From an uncultured candidate division Zixibacteria bacterium (lineage in GTDB: Bacteria > Zixibacteria > MSB-5A5 > GN15 > FEB-12), in NCBI GenBank assembly GCA_963806185.1, contig CAWDXE010000003.1:192001-256000 (forward strand): a DNA stretch of 64,000 nucleotides. Reading direction: 5' to 3'. Positions 21,367 to 30,339 of this stretch are shown here, piece by piece. A model generated the notes under the pieces. The model made no database searches. It had not been told where the DNA came from and was given only the letters and a program-made list of their open reading frames with translations. Made by a program: the position numbers and the translations under genes. How positions within the stretch are numbered: position 1 is the stretch's first letter; each line of letters opens with the position of its first letter.

Positions 21367-22327
21367 AGCTCTTCTCCGCGTTAGCCTGCGCCTTCTGACC
21401 GTAGCGCTCGGACATGTATTTTCTGATCATATCCATTGCCTGGGTGATGCGAATGTGCACCAGATCTTCGGTCTGGCGATCAGACACCACCATCAGATAG
21501 AAATTCTGACCGCGGGCGACGACCACGCGTTCATCGCGCAGGGTGACATCGATCCGCTCGGCATTAGCCAGTTTTCCCCGGCTCAGTATCGGTTGATTCT
21601 GTTCAAATAGCAGCAGCGCCAGGGGCGCCACATCTTCCGGGACGGTGTCGCCCCGCTTGAAACTGCCCAGTAACAAGCCTTCGGCGTCAATCACGGCCGC
21701 CATTTGCACCGACTGTTGCTCGCCTATATAGCGGGCGGCACGATCAAAGCCTCCTGATTCCGGATGGTTCGCCGGTTCGGTCGTTTTAGACCATTGGCGC
21801 ATCTCAGGTTCGGCGTGAGGCTGCGGCCGAAATGATTCACTCGCTGCACGCGCGGGCTCTTTTGGGTGCGTACGCGGCGGTTCGGACGTTTCGGGTGCAT
21901 ATGGCTGGATGACGACCTGCGGGCGACGAGCCGGCTCGCCGAGCATCTGCATGACGACCGGCCGCATGATGAAGGGCGTCGCGATGATTTGCAGAAGCAG
22001 TCCGGGCAAGTAGGTGGACATGGTCAACTGGAGCGCGACCTCCATGTCCATCTTATACACCATGGCCACCAGTAGTCCAAACACAGCGCTCAGGGCCAGG
22101 CGATAGACGACACAGAGCCCCGAACCCTGAATCAGTCGGAACAACGAGACGCGGCGATTGAAGGCGTAGAGTACCACACCGTAGAACACCAGCTCGTACA
22201 GCAAGTTGATCACGGACACGTTCAGCAGGTTGGTGCCGAATCGTTTCGGGAATAACACCATCACGCCGACCAGAACCAGAAGGCTGAAGAGCGCTACCCG
22301 TTGACCAATGCGACCAATTCGTTCCAT
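21347..22327 (-). CDS. Membrane protein (about 4 TM) with a C-terminal roadblock-like domain
   Basis: Hydrophobic N-terminal 125 aa, Pro-rich linker, then VQMAAVIDAEGLLLG...LVHIRI. Confidence 0.7.
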   Translation of the reverse strand: MERIGRIGQRVALFSLLVLVGVMVLFPKRFGTNLLNVSVINLLYELVFYGVVLYAFNRRVSLFRLIQGSGLCVVYRLALSAVFGLLVAMVYKMDMEVALQLTMSTYLPGLLLQIIATPFIMRPVVMQMLGEPARRPQVVIQPYAPETSEPPRTHPKEPARAASESFRPQPHAEPEMRQWSKTTEPANHPESGGFDRAARYIGEQQSVQMAAVIDAEGLLLGSFKRGDTVPEDVAPLALLLFEQNQPILSRGKLANAERIDVTLRDERVVVARGQNFYLMVVSDRQTEDLVHIRITQAMDMIRKYMSERYGQKAQANAEKSYVSSAQ

Positions 22328-22342
22328 GGCGGTTCCTTCCGG

Positions 22343-23212
22343 CTACTCCTGGTATCGTTCCATAAGGGAGCCGATGCGCATGCGCAGAGTTCCCAGGTTA
22401 ATCTTCCCCTCGCCGACAAAGACAAACAGATGCTTTCCGGCACGTACCATATACAGTATCGGATCGGGCGTCTCAATCAGGACAGTTTTTACACGACCGA
22501 ACGAAGATTTCATCAATTCCTGCATGCAGAAGGCATTGACTTCAGCCATGATTGCACCGCAAAGCGAGGCATCCATGGAAATCGTCCACTCCGTATCTAC
22601 CACCAGTCCGTCCCGATTGACATACAGACCGCCCTGCATCAGGGGTATTCCTATGGCGGCGGTGAGTATGCCCCGGGCATCGAGCGGTCCTGCGGCCAGC
22701 GCATCAGGCGTCGGCGTCACTGCACTCGTGGCGATGGCCAATCGGGCTTCTTCCGGCCGCACATTTATTGCCGACTGCTCATCCGGCAGTCGCTGGGCAA
22801 TCTCGAGTAATTTTGAAATCTGCGGATTGCCGGCATCGGTCTGGTGCAATTTCTTCAGAAGCTTGATTGCGTGGCTGAACTCGCCCTTGTAGATGTGTAT
22901 TTCCGCGAGCAGCAGTTCCGTCGTTCTATTGGCACCTTCGAGATCAATCGCTTTGCGTACCTCGGTCTCCGCCCAGTCGTACAGACCACGATCCAGATTG
23001 ATTTTGGCCATCACCAGGTGCGCTGACGCATACGACGGATGTATTCGCAGTCCATTCTGGCAAATGCGAAACGCCTTGTCCAATTCACCCCGCTTACGGT
23101 AGGCTTCCGCCAACGCGGCAAAGATCTGCGAATTTGGATCACCATCCAGGATTCGCTGACACTTCTGGAGACGGTCGTCAATTTCCGGTGCAGTGTTCAT
23201 GCGTGATGCCAA
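22343..23212 (-). CDS. TPR protein with a C-terminal roadblock-like domain
   Basis: DPNSQIFAALAEAYRKRGELDKA..ICQNGL..HPSY TPRs; GGLYVNRDGLVV...INLGTLRMRI. Confidence 0.8.
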   Translation of the reverse strand: MASRMNTAPEIDDRLQKCQRILDGDPNSQIFAALAEAYRKRGELDKAFRICQNGLRIHPSYASAHLVMAKINLDRGLYDWAETEVRKAIDLEGANRTTELLLAEIHIYKGEFSHAIKLLKKLHQTDAGNPQISKLLEIAQRLPDEQSAINVRPEEARLAIATSAVTPTPDALAAGPLDARGILTAAIGIPLMQGGLYVNRDGLVVDTEWTISMDASLCGAIMAEVNAFCMQELMKSSFGRVKTVLIETPDPILYMVRAGKHLFVFVGEGKINLGTLRMRIGSLMERYQE

Positions 23213-23311
23213 CTAATTAGCTTTCTAACAAGAAGTTACCCGACCGCAATATTTTCGGTCAGGTAAATATAAATCGCCCTTAAAGTTAAGTCAACTGCTT
23301 TCAATCGTGCC

Positions 23312-23677
23312 CTACCCCAGCGACCGTCGGGTTTCGAAAAGACCAAAGAGGAACAAGCCGGCCATCAACACCAGCAGGGTCGGGACCACCCAGTTGGGAA
23401 GTACGACCACGCCAAAAAGGTGCAGCAACACGGCCAGTTGACTGACGGCCAGTAGAAAGAAACCGATCAGAAACAACTGCCAACTGCGACTGAGCTGTCC
23501 GCCCCGTACCAGAGATAGCACTCGGACGCTGAAGACAACGCAGATGATCGCCCCCGCGAAAATCACCAGAGTCAGCAAGGTGGGCGGATTAGGAATCACC
23601 GCCACCGGGGCCGCATTGACAGCCTCAGCCCCACTTGCCGCCAACCCAACGGCTGTTAGAAGAGTCCGCACACTCAT
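23312..23677 (-). CDS. Small membrane protein (about 3 TM), unknown function
   Basis: 121-aa hydrophobic ORF, co-oriented and 1 bp from the DUF4388 gene. Confidence 0.7.
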   Translation of the reverse strand: MSVRTLLTAVGLAASGAEAVNAAPVAVIPNPPTLLTLVIFAGAIICVVFSVRVLSLVRGGQLSRSWQLFLIGFFLLAVSQLAVLLHLFGVVVLPNWVVPTLLVLMAGLFLFGLFETRRSLG

Positions 23678-23678
23678 G

Positions 23679-24887
23679 TTACCCTCTCACCATTTTAACC
23701 ACTTTTTCGGCCCGCTTTAAGGTGCTGTAGAAACTGTCCTCGAGACCAAACCGCTTCACCATGTCACGGCGATGCGCCAGCGGCTCGGAGATTTCCTTTT
23801 TGACTTCGCCCATCGCTTCCCGATACGTACCCTCACCCAATAGCTGATAGACATAGATGAGTTGTTCCGACAACATCCGTTCCAGTCCGGACATAAGCGT
23901 GTAGTACCGGGTGGACTCCGGTAATGATTTTACCGACGCCAGAAATTTCTCAAAGGTCGGCTGCATGTCGGTGCCTGAGCTCACTCCGGGAAAGAAACTG
24001 AAGATGCCGGCGCGATATTGCGCCTGGAAGGCCGGGAATTTGGAGTTGGTATCGCCCACCTTCTTTTCCACCACGTCGCGAATGTGACAAAAACAGGCAT
24101 TAAACATGTTGAACAGAATTGCCATGATCACCTCTTCCTCATCCTCTTCCTGAACCGGTGTCGCCTCGCGGCGGCCGGCTACTTCGATGAGGTGACCAAG
24201 GATGAGCCGGTAGATCGCCCGGCAACTGACGAATTCGCCCATGGGCGACATTTCAATCAATTCGGGCAGAACGCGCTCGCCGTTGATCAGCGAAAGCATC
24301 CGAAACTCATCCATCGAAATGGACAATTCCTCACGATTGACTTTCGGCGACTTGGCAATTCGCAACAGCACGTCGTCAGGCGGCAGTACCTTCTGAATCT
24401 CGATCCACTCGTCAATGCGACGGGTACCTTCCATGATGACGTTCATGGTACTCAGTTCAATCAGGAAGGGGGCATTCTTCGGCGCCGTATTCTCGTGGAA
24501 GAAGAAGTCGCCGTCGTGCCATGAAAACAGGTTGTAGACGATCTCTTCAATCTGCAGCTTCAGACACTGAGCGATTTCATCTTTGTCGAAAAGATTCATG
24601 TCGATGAGCGTCGTTCCCAGCTGGCGACCGGTCTGCTTGTGCAAGGTGATTGCCTTCTCGAGATCATGCTTGGATATCTTGCCGCGTTTGAGCAGCAAGT
24701 TGCCAAGCAGGTCCTCCGTGGCATTGACTGACGAAGCAAAGATGATATTACCGTCGCGGAAGGCTACTTCCTTTTGACGGCGAGCTGTCTTGCATTCAAG
24801 GATGCCGGTCTTCTTGCCCGACGCCAGAAGCTGCAGGATATCCGGGAATGATACTGTTTTCAAATTTCCTGATAAACTCATCGCCAC
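23679..24887 (-). CDS. DUF4388 (PATAN-like) domain protein with an MshEN-like segment
   Basis: LSGNLKTVSFPDILQLL...KTGIL...FRDGNIIFA; LFSWHDGDFFF; MEGTRRIDEW. Confidence 0.85.
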   Translation of the reverse strand: MAMSLSGNLKTVSFPDILQLLASGKKTGILECKTARRQKEVAFRDGNIIFASSVNATEDLLGNLLLKRGKISKHDLEKAITLHKQTGRQLGTTLIDMNLFDKDEIAQCLKLQIEEIVYNLFSWHDGDFFFHENTAPKNAPFLIELSTMNVIMEGTRRIDEWIEIQKVLPPDDVLLRIAKSPKVNREELSISMDEFRMLSLINGERVLPELIEMSPMGEFVSCRAIYRLILGHLIEVAGRREATPVQEEDEEEVIMAILFNMFNACFCHIRDVVEKKVGDTNSKFPAFQAQYRAGIFSFFPGVSSGTDMQPTFEKFLASVKSLPESTRYYTLMSGLERMLSEQLIYVYQLLGEGTYREAMGEVKKEISEPLAHRRDMVKRFGLEDSFYSTLKRAEKVVKMVRG

Positions 24888-24942
24888 AACCCTTTAAGCC
24901 CGAAATCGGTCGGGCTAGGCCGGTCGTAATTTGTCTTTGAGA

Positions 24943-24970
24943 GTATCGGGTTATTCGGATGATTTCTTAA
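24943..24970 (-). promoter_or_regulatory. Sigma28-like promoter upstream of the DUF4388-roadblock-mgl operon
   Basis: TTAAGAAA-N12-CCCGATAC on the - strand. Confidence 0.45.
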
Positions 24971-25010
24971 CTCCAGATTGACAAAGTGATGGCACAGATC
25001 GTTGTACCAT

Positions 25011-27281
25011 TCAATCCGGCAGCGAGATAGTCACCGAAGTCGAGCGACTGAGGTCTGAAATCCATTCGGGCAGTGCAAGGTCAGCGGCACGAGCGCCCTC
25101 GTCTTCCGGCAACGCCTGTTCAATTCTTGAACAGATAATCCGTTTGACGCCCGATCGCTGCAGGGCAAGCCAGTCGTCGGGAGTCGGTCGCCAGGTACGC
25201 CCACAAATCCAGATATCGGGTTGCTCGAGAATCTCCGGAGCGCCGGGCAGGGAACGGGTGATTAGTACTGAGTGCCGGTCGGTAATGATCAGGACGCCCC
25301 GGCTGTCGGCTCGAACCGAAGCGGTTTGTCCTGATGCCTCTCCCCCGAATTCTCGGATAGCCATCTGACCTTCCAGGCCAAGCCGATCGGCCGTTTCGCG
25401 AACAGATCCGCCAAGTCGAGCGTCGACATACAGCGTGTCGATGTGAGCCGAAACTGCAAACCTCAACAAGTCGTCGGCTGCTCCGTAATCTCCGGCCAGA
25501 ACAAAAAGGCGACCCGGACGACTTAAGTGCTGTGTTTCGACGATGGGTCGGAGAATTCGACGATCCAGGTCGTACGGCCTTTCGAGAAGACCGGTAATGA
25601 CCATAGCGGTGGAAGAATCGGGGGATGTAACCGACACCGCTATGCCCCCGGGAACGGTATTGATGCGGAGGAGGCGATCGTTGTCTGACGGCGTTTGAAG
25701 GGAAAGGCTGAGCAGCATTGTATTCAAATAGACAGCGGCGAGCAGCAGGCTGAGCCGGCGGGCAGGCTTATGGCTAAGACTCCAGCCAAGAACGGCAATA
25801 AGACCATAGATGAAGACAAGGTTGAGGATTGCCGATGCCTGCCCGCCGAAGATTGGCAGTTGGAGTCCCGGGAAATGTCCGCTGCCGAAGAAGTCCGTGA
25901 ACCATCGCAGAAGAAGGAGAACGGGGTGAACCAGTGATCCGAGAAAGGCGCCCGCCACGGGAAGCAACAGGTGCGCAGTCAACATGGCCAAGGTGCCAAG
26001 GGTAGCCACCGCGGCCATGGGCACAACCACCAGGTTGGCGAAGACAGATATCATGGGTACTGTTCCGAAGTAGTAGGCGATCAGCGGTGTCGAACAGAGC
26101 TGGGCCACCAGAGAGACCAGGGCGGGAAAAAGCAACCAGCGGTACCACCGGCGGTGCTGTACCGATTCAAATCTGGCAGCAACGTGGGGCATGAGAAGAA
26201 TCAAGCCCCAGGCGCACGCAAATGACAATTGGGCGCCGATGTCAAACAATTGTGCCGGGTCAAAGAGCAGGACAAGTACTGCGGTGAGTGCGATGATGTT
26301 GTGCAGATCGATCTTCCGCTGCAGCATCCGTGCGACGATCACCAGAACCGCCATAACTGATGCCCGGACGACTGACGGTTCTGCATAGCAGACCAGGGCG
26401 AACATGACCACGACCATTAGCAGCACGATCGAGCGAGCGCGGCCAAAGGCACTCAAAGGTCGAAGCAGCAGAATTGTAAAGAGACATACCAGGGCAACGT
26501 TGCCGCCCGACACCGCCAGAACATGCAGTGTTCCGCTGTCGCGGAACCGCTGGTACACGTCGACTGGGATGCCACGTGTTTCGCCTATCAGAAATCCGGC
26601 AGCGAGCGCCCGCGTATCTTCGGGAAGATCGGCATTTATTGCACCGACGATGACGTCATGAAGCCGGTCAGCCAAGCCGAATATTCCCCACGGATAACGC
26701 CGGTCAACGCGGACGTCGAGGAGGGTAGGCAGGTATACAATAGCAGAAATGCCGCGCAAAGACAGGCGTCGACGGTAGTCGTTCCGATCCCAGGCATCCG
26801 GCCGTCCGGTCGGATACAAACGTCCGATGAATTCGATCCGGTCGCCTCGCTGCAGCGCTGTGGTGGTGTCGGTAACTTTCAGGAGTATGGCGCCGCCGAC
26901 CGGCCGGTTGTAACCGTCCGGAGCCCCAAGCGAATCGAGAGCGATCGTCAGTTCGGTTTGGTCGACTCTGATGTTTGGCCAGTCGCTGATCTTCCCAAAG
27001 ATATGGGCTCGCTCAGGTACGATGACGACGCGAGAGACATGCGACGGCCCGACTGTGATGTAGCGCAGGCTGAAATGTGCGCCGGCCAGGAGTCCGATCG
27101 CCAGACCGAACGCGATAGCGGCGGCAATCCGCCAAGTGAGTCGGTTGGCGACAAACGCGAAAACGACCGCACCCGTTGCAAGCACGAAAAACAGCCATGC
27201 GGAAATGCTGAACTGGCTGGCCAGTGCAATCGACGGAACAGTGAAACTGAGCAGAAACAGGCTCGGATATTTTCCGAACAT
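25011..27281 (-). CDS. comEC: ComEC/Rec2 DNA-uptake membrane protein
   Basis: OB-fold region; FRDSGTLHVLAVSG, PSVVRA, DIGAQLSF, N(L)VVVP competence-domain motifs. Confidence 0.9.
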   Translation of the reverse strand: MFGKYPSLFLLSFTVPSIALASQFSISAWLFFVLATGAVVFAFVANRLTWRIAAAIAFGLAIGLLAGAHFSLRYITVGPSHVSRVVIVPERAHIFGKISDWPNIRVDQTELTIALDSLGAPDGYNRPVGGAILLKVTDTTTALQRGDRIEFIGRLYPTGRPDAWDRNDYRRRLSLRGISAIVYLPTLLDVRVDRRYPWGIFGLADRLHDVIVGAINADLPEDTRALAAGFLIGETRGIPVDVYQRFRDSGTLHVLAVSGGNVALVCLFTILLLRPLSAFGRARSIVLLMVVVMFALVCYAEPSVVRASVMAVLVIVARMLQRKIDLHNIIALTAVLVLLFDPAQLFDIGAQLSFACAWGLILLMPHVAARFESVQHRRWYRWLLFPALVSLVAQLCSTPLIAYYFGTVPMISVFANLVVVPMAAVATLGTLAMLTAHLLLPVAGAFLGSLVHPVLLLLRWFTDFFGSGHFPGLQLPIFGGQASAILNLVFIYGLIAVLGWSLSHKPARRLSLLLAAVYLNTMLLSLSLQTPSDNDRLLRINTVPGGIAVSVTSPDSSTAMVITGLLERPYDLDRRILRPIVETQHLSRPGRLFVLAGDYGAADDLLRFAVSAHIDTLYVDARLGGSVRETADRLGLEGQMAIREFGGEASGQTASVRADSRGVLIITDRHSVLITRSLPGAPEILEQPDIWICGRTWRPTPDDWLALQRSGVKRIICSRIEQALPEDEGARAADLALPEWISDLSRSTSVTISLPD

Positions 27282-27287
27282 ACGGCA

Positions 27288-28868
27288 TCAGGATGCCGCG
27301 GGTCGACGGCGACGTACCATACTCGCCAGCCGCGACAATTCCCGAACACGTAAGATATAGCAGACCAAAAGATACACAATAACAGAAATAGCTGAGAGCA
27401 GAAGTAAATTGAGCAGCCTTCCCCATATGCCAGGATGCTGCCCGGTCAGATCGACTGGAAAATACTTGGCCGCGCACAACGCGATTGCGGATGCTGCCGT
27501 CACTTTGAGCAGCGAGATGCCGATTTTGCGCCAGGGCAACGGCACCCCCTTGGAGGGCATAAACCAGAGCAATAATCCGGCGTTGAGCAGGCCGGCAATT
27601 GAGGTAGCCGCCGCAAGTCCGGCGAAATCCATTAACTTTATGAGCGGGTAATAGATAGCTATGTTTACAACCACCGAAAGGATGCTGATTTTCATCGGCA
27701 GTTTGGAATCGCCCAAGGCGTAATAAACAGGGGCGATGATCCGTACGACAGCAAACCCAACGAGCCCATAAGAGTAGTGTAGCAGAGCCAGGGCGGTTTT
27801 GGCCGAATCGGCCGGGGTGAACCGCCCGTGTTGGTAAATCAGATCGATGAGGAGCGGTCCGATGATCGCCAGATAAAACGCGGACGGGACCACGAGAAAG
27901 AGGTTAAGATTCCAGGCCTCGAGGAATGTCGATTGCACGCCGTCGATGTCCTTGCGCGTCGCGAGTTCAGATATCTTTGGCAACGAAACGGTACCGAGCG
28001 CTACGGCGAATACGCCGAGGGGAAAATGCATCAGCCGGAATGAATAATTGAGATACGAAATAGCACCGTCAGCCAGGAATGACGCCAGCAGAGTGCTCAC
28101 GAGAATATTGACCCGCCCGGCGGAGAGGCCGATTACCATCGGCGTGAACAGCGCCAACACCCGTTTCACTCCCGGATCGAGAAAGTTCAATTGCCACTTA
28201 AACCTGTACCCCAATCTGAATAGCTGCGGCAATTGAACGACGAGCTGGCCAACACCCCCAATCATAACACCGATGGCCAGCGCGTATATCGGATTGTCCA
28301 TGAACCAATAGAGGGAAACGACCACGGCAACATTGCCCAAATTGAACACGGTCGGCGAGAATGCCGGGATACCGAATTTCTCGCACGAGTTCAGCATTCC
28401 CATGACCAGAGCCGACACCGAGACGATCAGCAGAAACGGGAACATGATCCGAGTCAGATCGACGGTCAGGTCGAATTTCGCCATATCGTCGGTGAAACCG
28501 TGGGCGGTCAGATAGATGATGGCCGGAGACGCGATGATTCCGAGGATGACGATGACCCCGACCACGAGGATCATGGCGGTGAGCACTTTGTTGGCTAGGG
28601 AGAAGGCCTCCTCGGGTGATTCGGTGACCAGCTTTTCCTTAAACACCGGGACGAAAGCGGACGAAAGAGCACCCTCGGCGAACATATCGCGCAACAAGTT
28701 AGGGACGCGGAAGGCGGTGACAAAGGCGTCGGTGGCCATGCCGGCACCAAAAAAATAGGCCATGACCTGCTCCCGCACAAGTCCGGCCACCCGGGAGAGC
28801 GCAGTAGCAAAGGAGACCAGTCCGGCCGACCTTGCAAATGAACTTTTCTTTTCTGGAGCCGTTGACAA
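27288..28868 (-). CDS. murJ: Lipid II flippase MurJ
   Basis: SRVAGLVRE, DAFVTAFRVPNLLRDMFAEGALSSAFVP, RLMHFPLGVF. Confidence 0.95.
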   Translation of the reverse strand: MSTAPEKKSSFARSAGLVSFATALSRVAGLVREQVMAYFFGAGMATDAFVTAFRVPNLLRDMFAEGALSSAFVPVFKEKLVTESPEEAFSLANKVLTAMILVVGVIVILGIIASPAIIYLTAHGFTDDMAKFDLTVDLTRIMFPFLLIVSVSALVMGMLNSCEKFGIPAFSPTVFNLGNVAVVVSLYWFMDNPIYALAIGVMIGGVGQLVVQLPQLFRLGYRFKWQLNFLDPGVKRVLALFTPMVIGLSAGRVNILVSTLLASFLADGAISYLNYSFRLMHFPLGVFAVALGTVSLPKISELATRKDIDGVQSTFLEAWNLNLFLVVPSAFYLAIIGPLLIDLIYQHGRFTPADSAKTALALLHYSYGLVGFAVVRIIAPVYYALGDSKLPMKISILSVVVNIAIYYPLIKLMDFAGLAAATSIAGLLNAGLLLWFMPSKGVPLPWRKIGISLLKVTAASAIALCAAKYFPVDLTGQHPGIWGRLLNLLLLSAISVIVYLLVCYILRVRELSRLASMVRRRRPAAS

Positions 28869-28889
28869 ACCGTTGCTGCCACGTATATT
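28862..28889 (+). promoter_or_regulatory. Sigma70-type promoter for rpsT
   Basis: TTGACA-N16-TATATT. Confidence 0.6.
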
Positions 28890-28932
28890 AGACGTTTATT
28901 GCAGAGTGATCAGAACAGAAAGGATTTAGCCC

Positions 28933-29187
28933 TTGCCCAATCACAAGTCGAACGAAAAGCGGATGCGGACTTCGGCGGTTGAACGCGAACGCAATCGCGC
29001 TTACCGCTCTCATCTTCGGGCGGCCATCAAGGCGGTGCGGACGGCAACCAGCAAAGCGGATGCATCCCAGGCGTATCTTGCGGCCGTCTCACTCCTCGAC
29101 AAAGCTGCGACCAATAAGTTGATCCATAAGCGCAACGCCGATCGCAATAAATCGCGGCTGGCCAAAGTGATCCAGAAGCTAGCCTAA
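28933..29187 (+). CDS. rpsT: 30S ribosomal protein S20
   Basis: MPNHKSNEKRMR...RNRAYRS...LDKAA..KLIHKRNADRNKSRL. Confidence 0.95.
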   Translation: MPNHKSNEKRMRTSAVERERNRAYRSHLRAAIKAVRTATSKADASQAYLAAVSLLDKAATNKLIHKRNADRNKSRLAKVIQKLA

Positions 29188-29207
29188 TCCATCAGAACAT
29201 ACATTTT

Positions 29208-29240
29208 GACGGCCTCGCTTTAGAGCGGGGTCGTTTTCTG
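29208..29240 (+). terminator. Terminator after rpsT
   Basis: GACGGCCTCGCT-TTAG-AGCGGGGTCGTT followed by TTCTG. Confidence 0.7.
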
Positions 29241-29357
29241 TTGGTGGCACGCAGTGAGTCGAGGGCCCAAAACCACCTTCTCGTTCAACAGTCCAACTCA
29301 CGCCGGACCGTCTTCGGTGAATCTAGGTCTACCTGGGGGGGGCGTACAACTAAAAGT

Positions 29358-30152
29358 TTACTTGTTGAGAATATAGACGTGTCCAGACACAAGCGTGGTG
29401 CGATGAGATTGCAGCCGCAGCGAGATCAGTTCTTTCAGAAACACGGCTTTGTCCTCAATCGGACTGTCTTCGGCCAATATGGACATCGGAATATCGATGC
29501 TGTATGCGCGCAGCGCGGACTGGATGGAAATCAATCCCGAAGGGTAGAGGTGCACTGACGACGCGGCAGCCTTGAGATCACCGAGAGTCACATCGGGCAT
29601 CGTCAGCAGCGTGCCGCCGGCGCCGAACCGCACTACTGAGTCACCCTCGTGAAGGGAGTTAACCAGTGGAAAGTAGTGTCCGCCTTTGCCAATGGCAGTG
29701 AACAGATGATCGAGCGCCGCGGAACAGCCGGTGCGCGACGAGTGTCTGAGATATACCGTGGTCGCGGACTGAGTCGGGAAGGTGATATGCACGGGCAAAA
29801 AACTACCTCCATCGCGCGGAAGATCGAGACAAATCTGATCGGCGTGACGGGCGGCAAGATGATGCAAATCCTCCATAGTAAACTGGGTCAATGCGAGCGT
29901 AGGACAGGTCACTCGCAGTTCGTCCGGCGAACATATGAGCGTCGGGATATGGTGGATTCCGGCCTGAATTAATCGTTCGAATAGACTGCTCTCCTCAAGC
30001 AAGAGGAAGCTACTCTCCTCCATAGGAGTAACGAGAAATGGATGATGGAGGACGGCGCCCAGAGGATCGGCCCCCGTCATCGGGTCAGTTCGCTCGAAGG
30101 GATAGATGGCGCCAGTGTCAATAATCTTAATGGAACTGAATAATCTGACCAT
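29358..30152 (-). CDS. Hypothetical protein, divergent ParB/Srx (SbnI/SerK-like) fold
   Basis: IKIIDTGAIYPFE ... LHHPFLVTPM ... GIHHIP resembles the SbnI-type N-terminus; DGxHR motif absent. Confidence 0.5.
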   Translation of the reverse strand: MVRLFSSIKIIDTGAIYPFERTDPMTGADPLGAVLHHPFLVTPMEESSFLLLEESSLFERLIQAGIHHIPTLICSPDELRVTCPTLALTQFTMEDLHHLAARHADQICLDLPRDGGSFLPVHITFPTQSATTVYLRHSSRTGCSAALDHLFTAIGKGGHYFPLVNSLHEGDSVVRFGAGGTLLTMPDVTLGDLKAAASSVHLYPSGLISIQSALRAYSIDIPMSILAEDSPIEDKAVFLKELISLRLQSHRTTLVSGHVYILNK

Positions 30153-30339
30153 GCCAGTGATCAGAGCAAGCGGTGTGCCTTGGGGCAGAATTGCCGGTCT
30201 TGGGCCGGAAAAATCAATCGCTTGCGTTTAAGGCATTGAATCGTAATCGGATAGACGAATTGAACAAGTACGCCGATCCGGTGTCCCGAATCGGCGCTTC
30301 AAGACTGTCTGCAATCAAATACCTAACAACGCAAATGAT

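Noticed and set aside
23252..23290. Fifth sigma28-like promoter
   Set aside because: ACCGAAAA is 20 nt from TTAA; the spacing is wrong
29241..29270. tRNA/tmRNA 3' end (TCGACTC...GCCACCA on -)
   Set aside because: T-stem does not pair and no cloverleaf can be built
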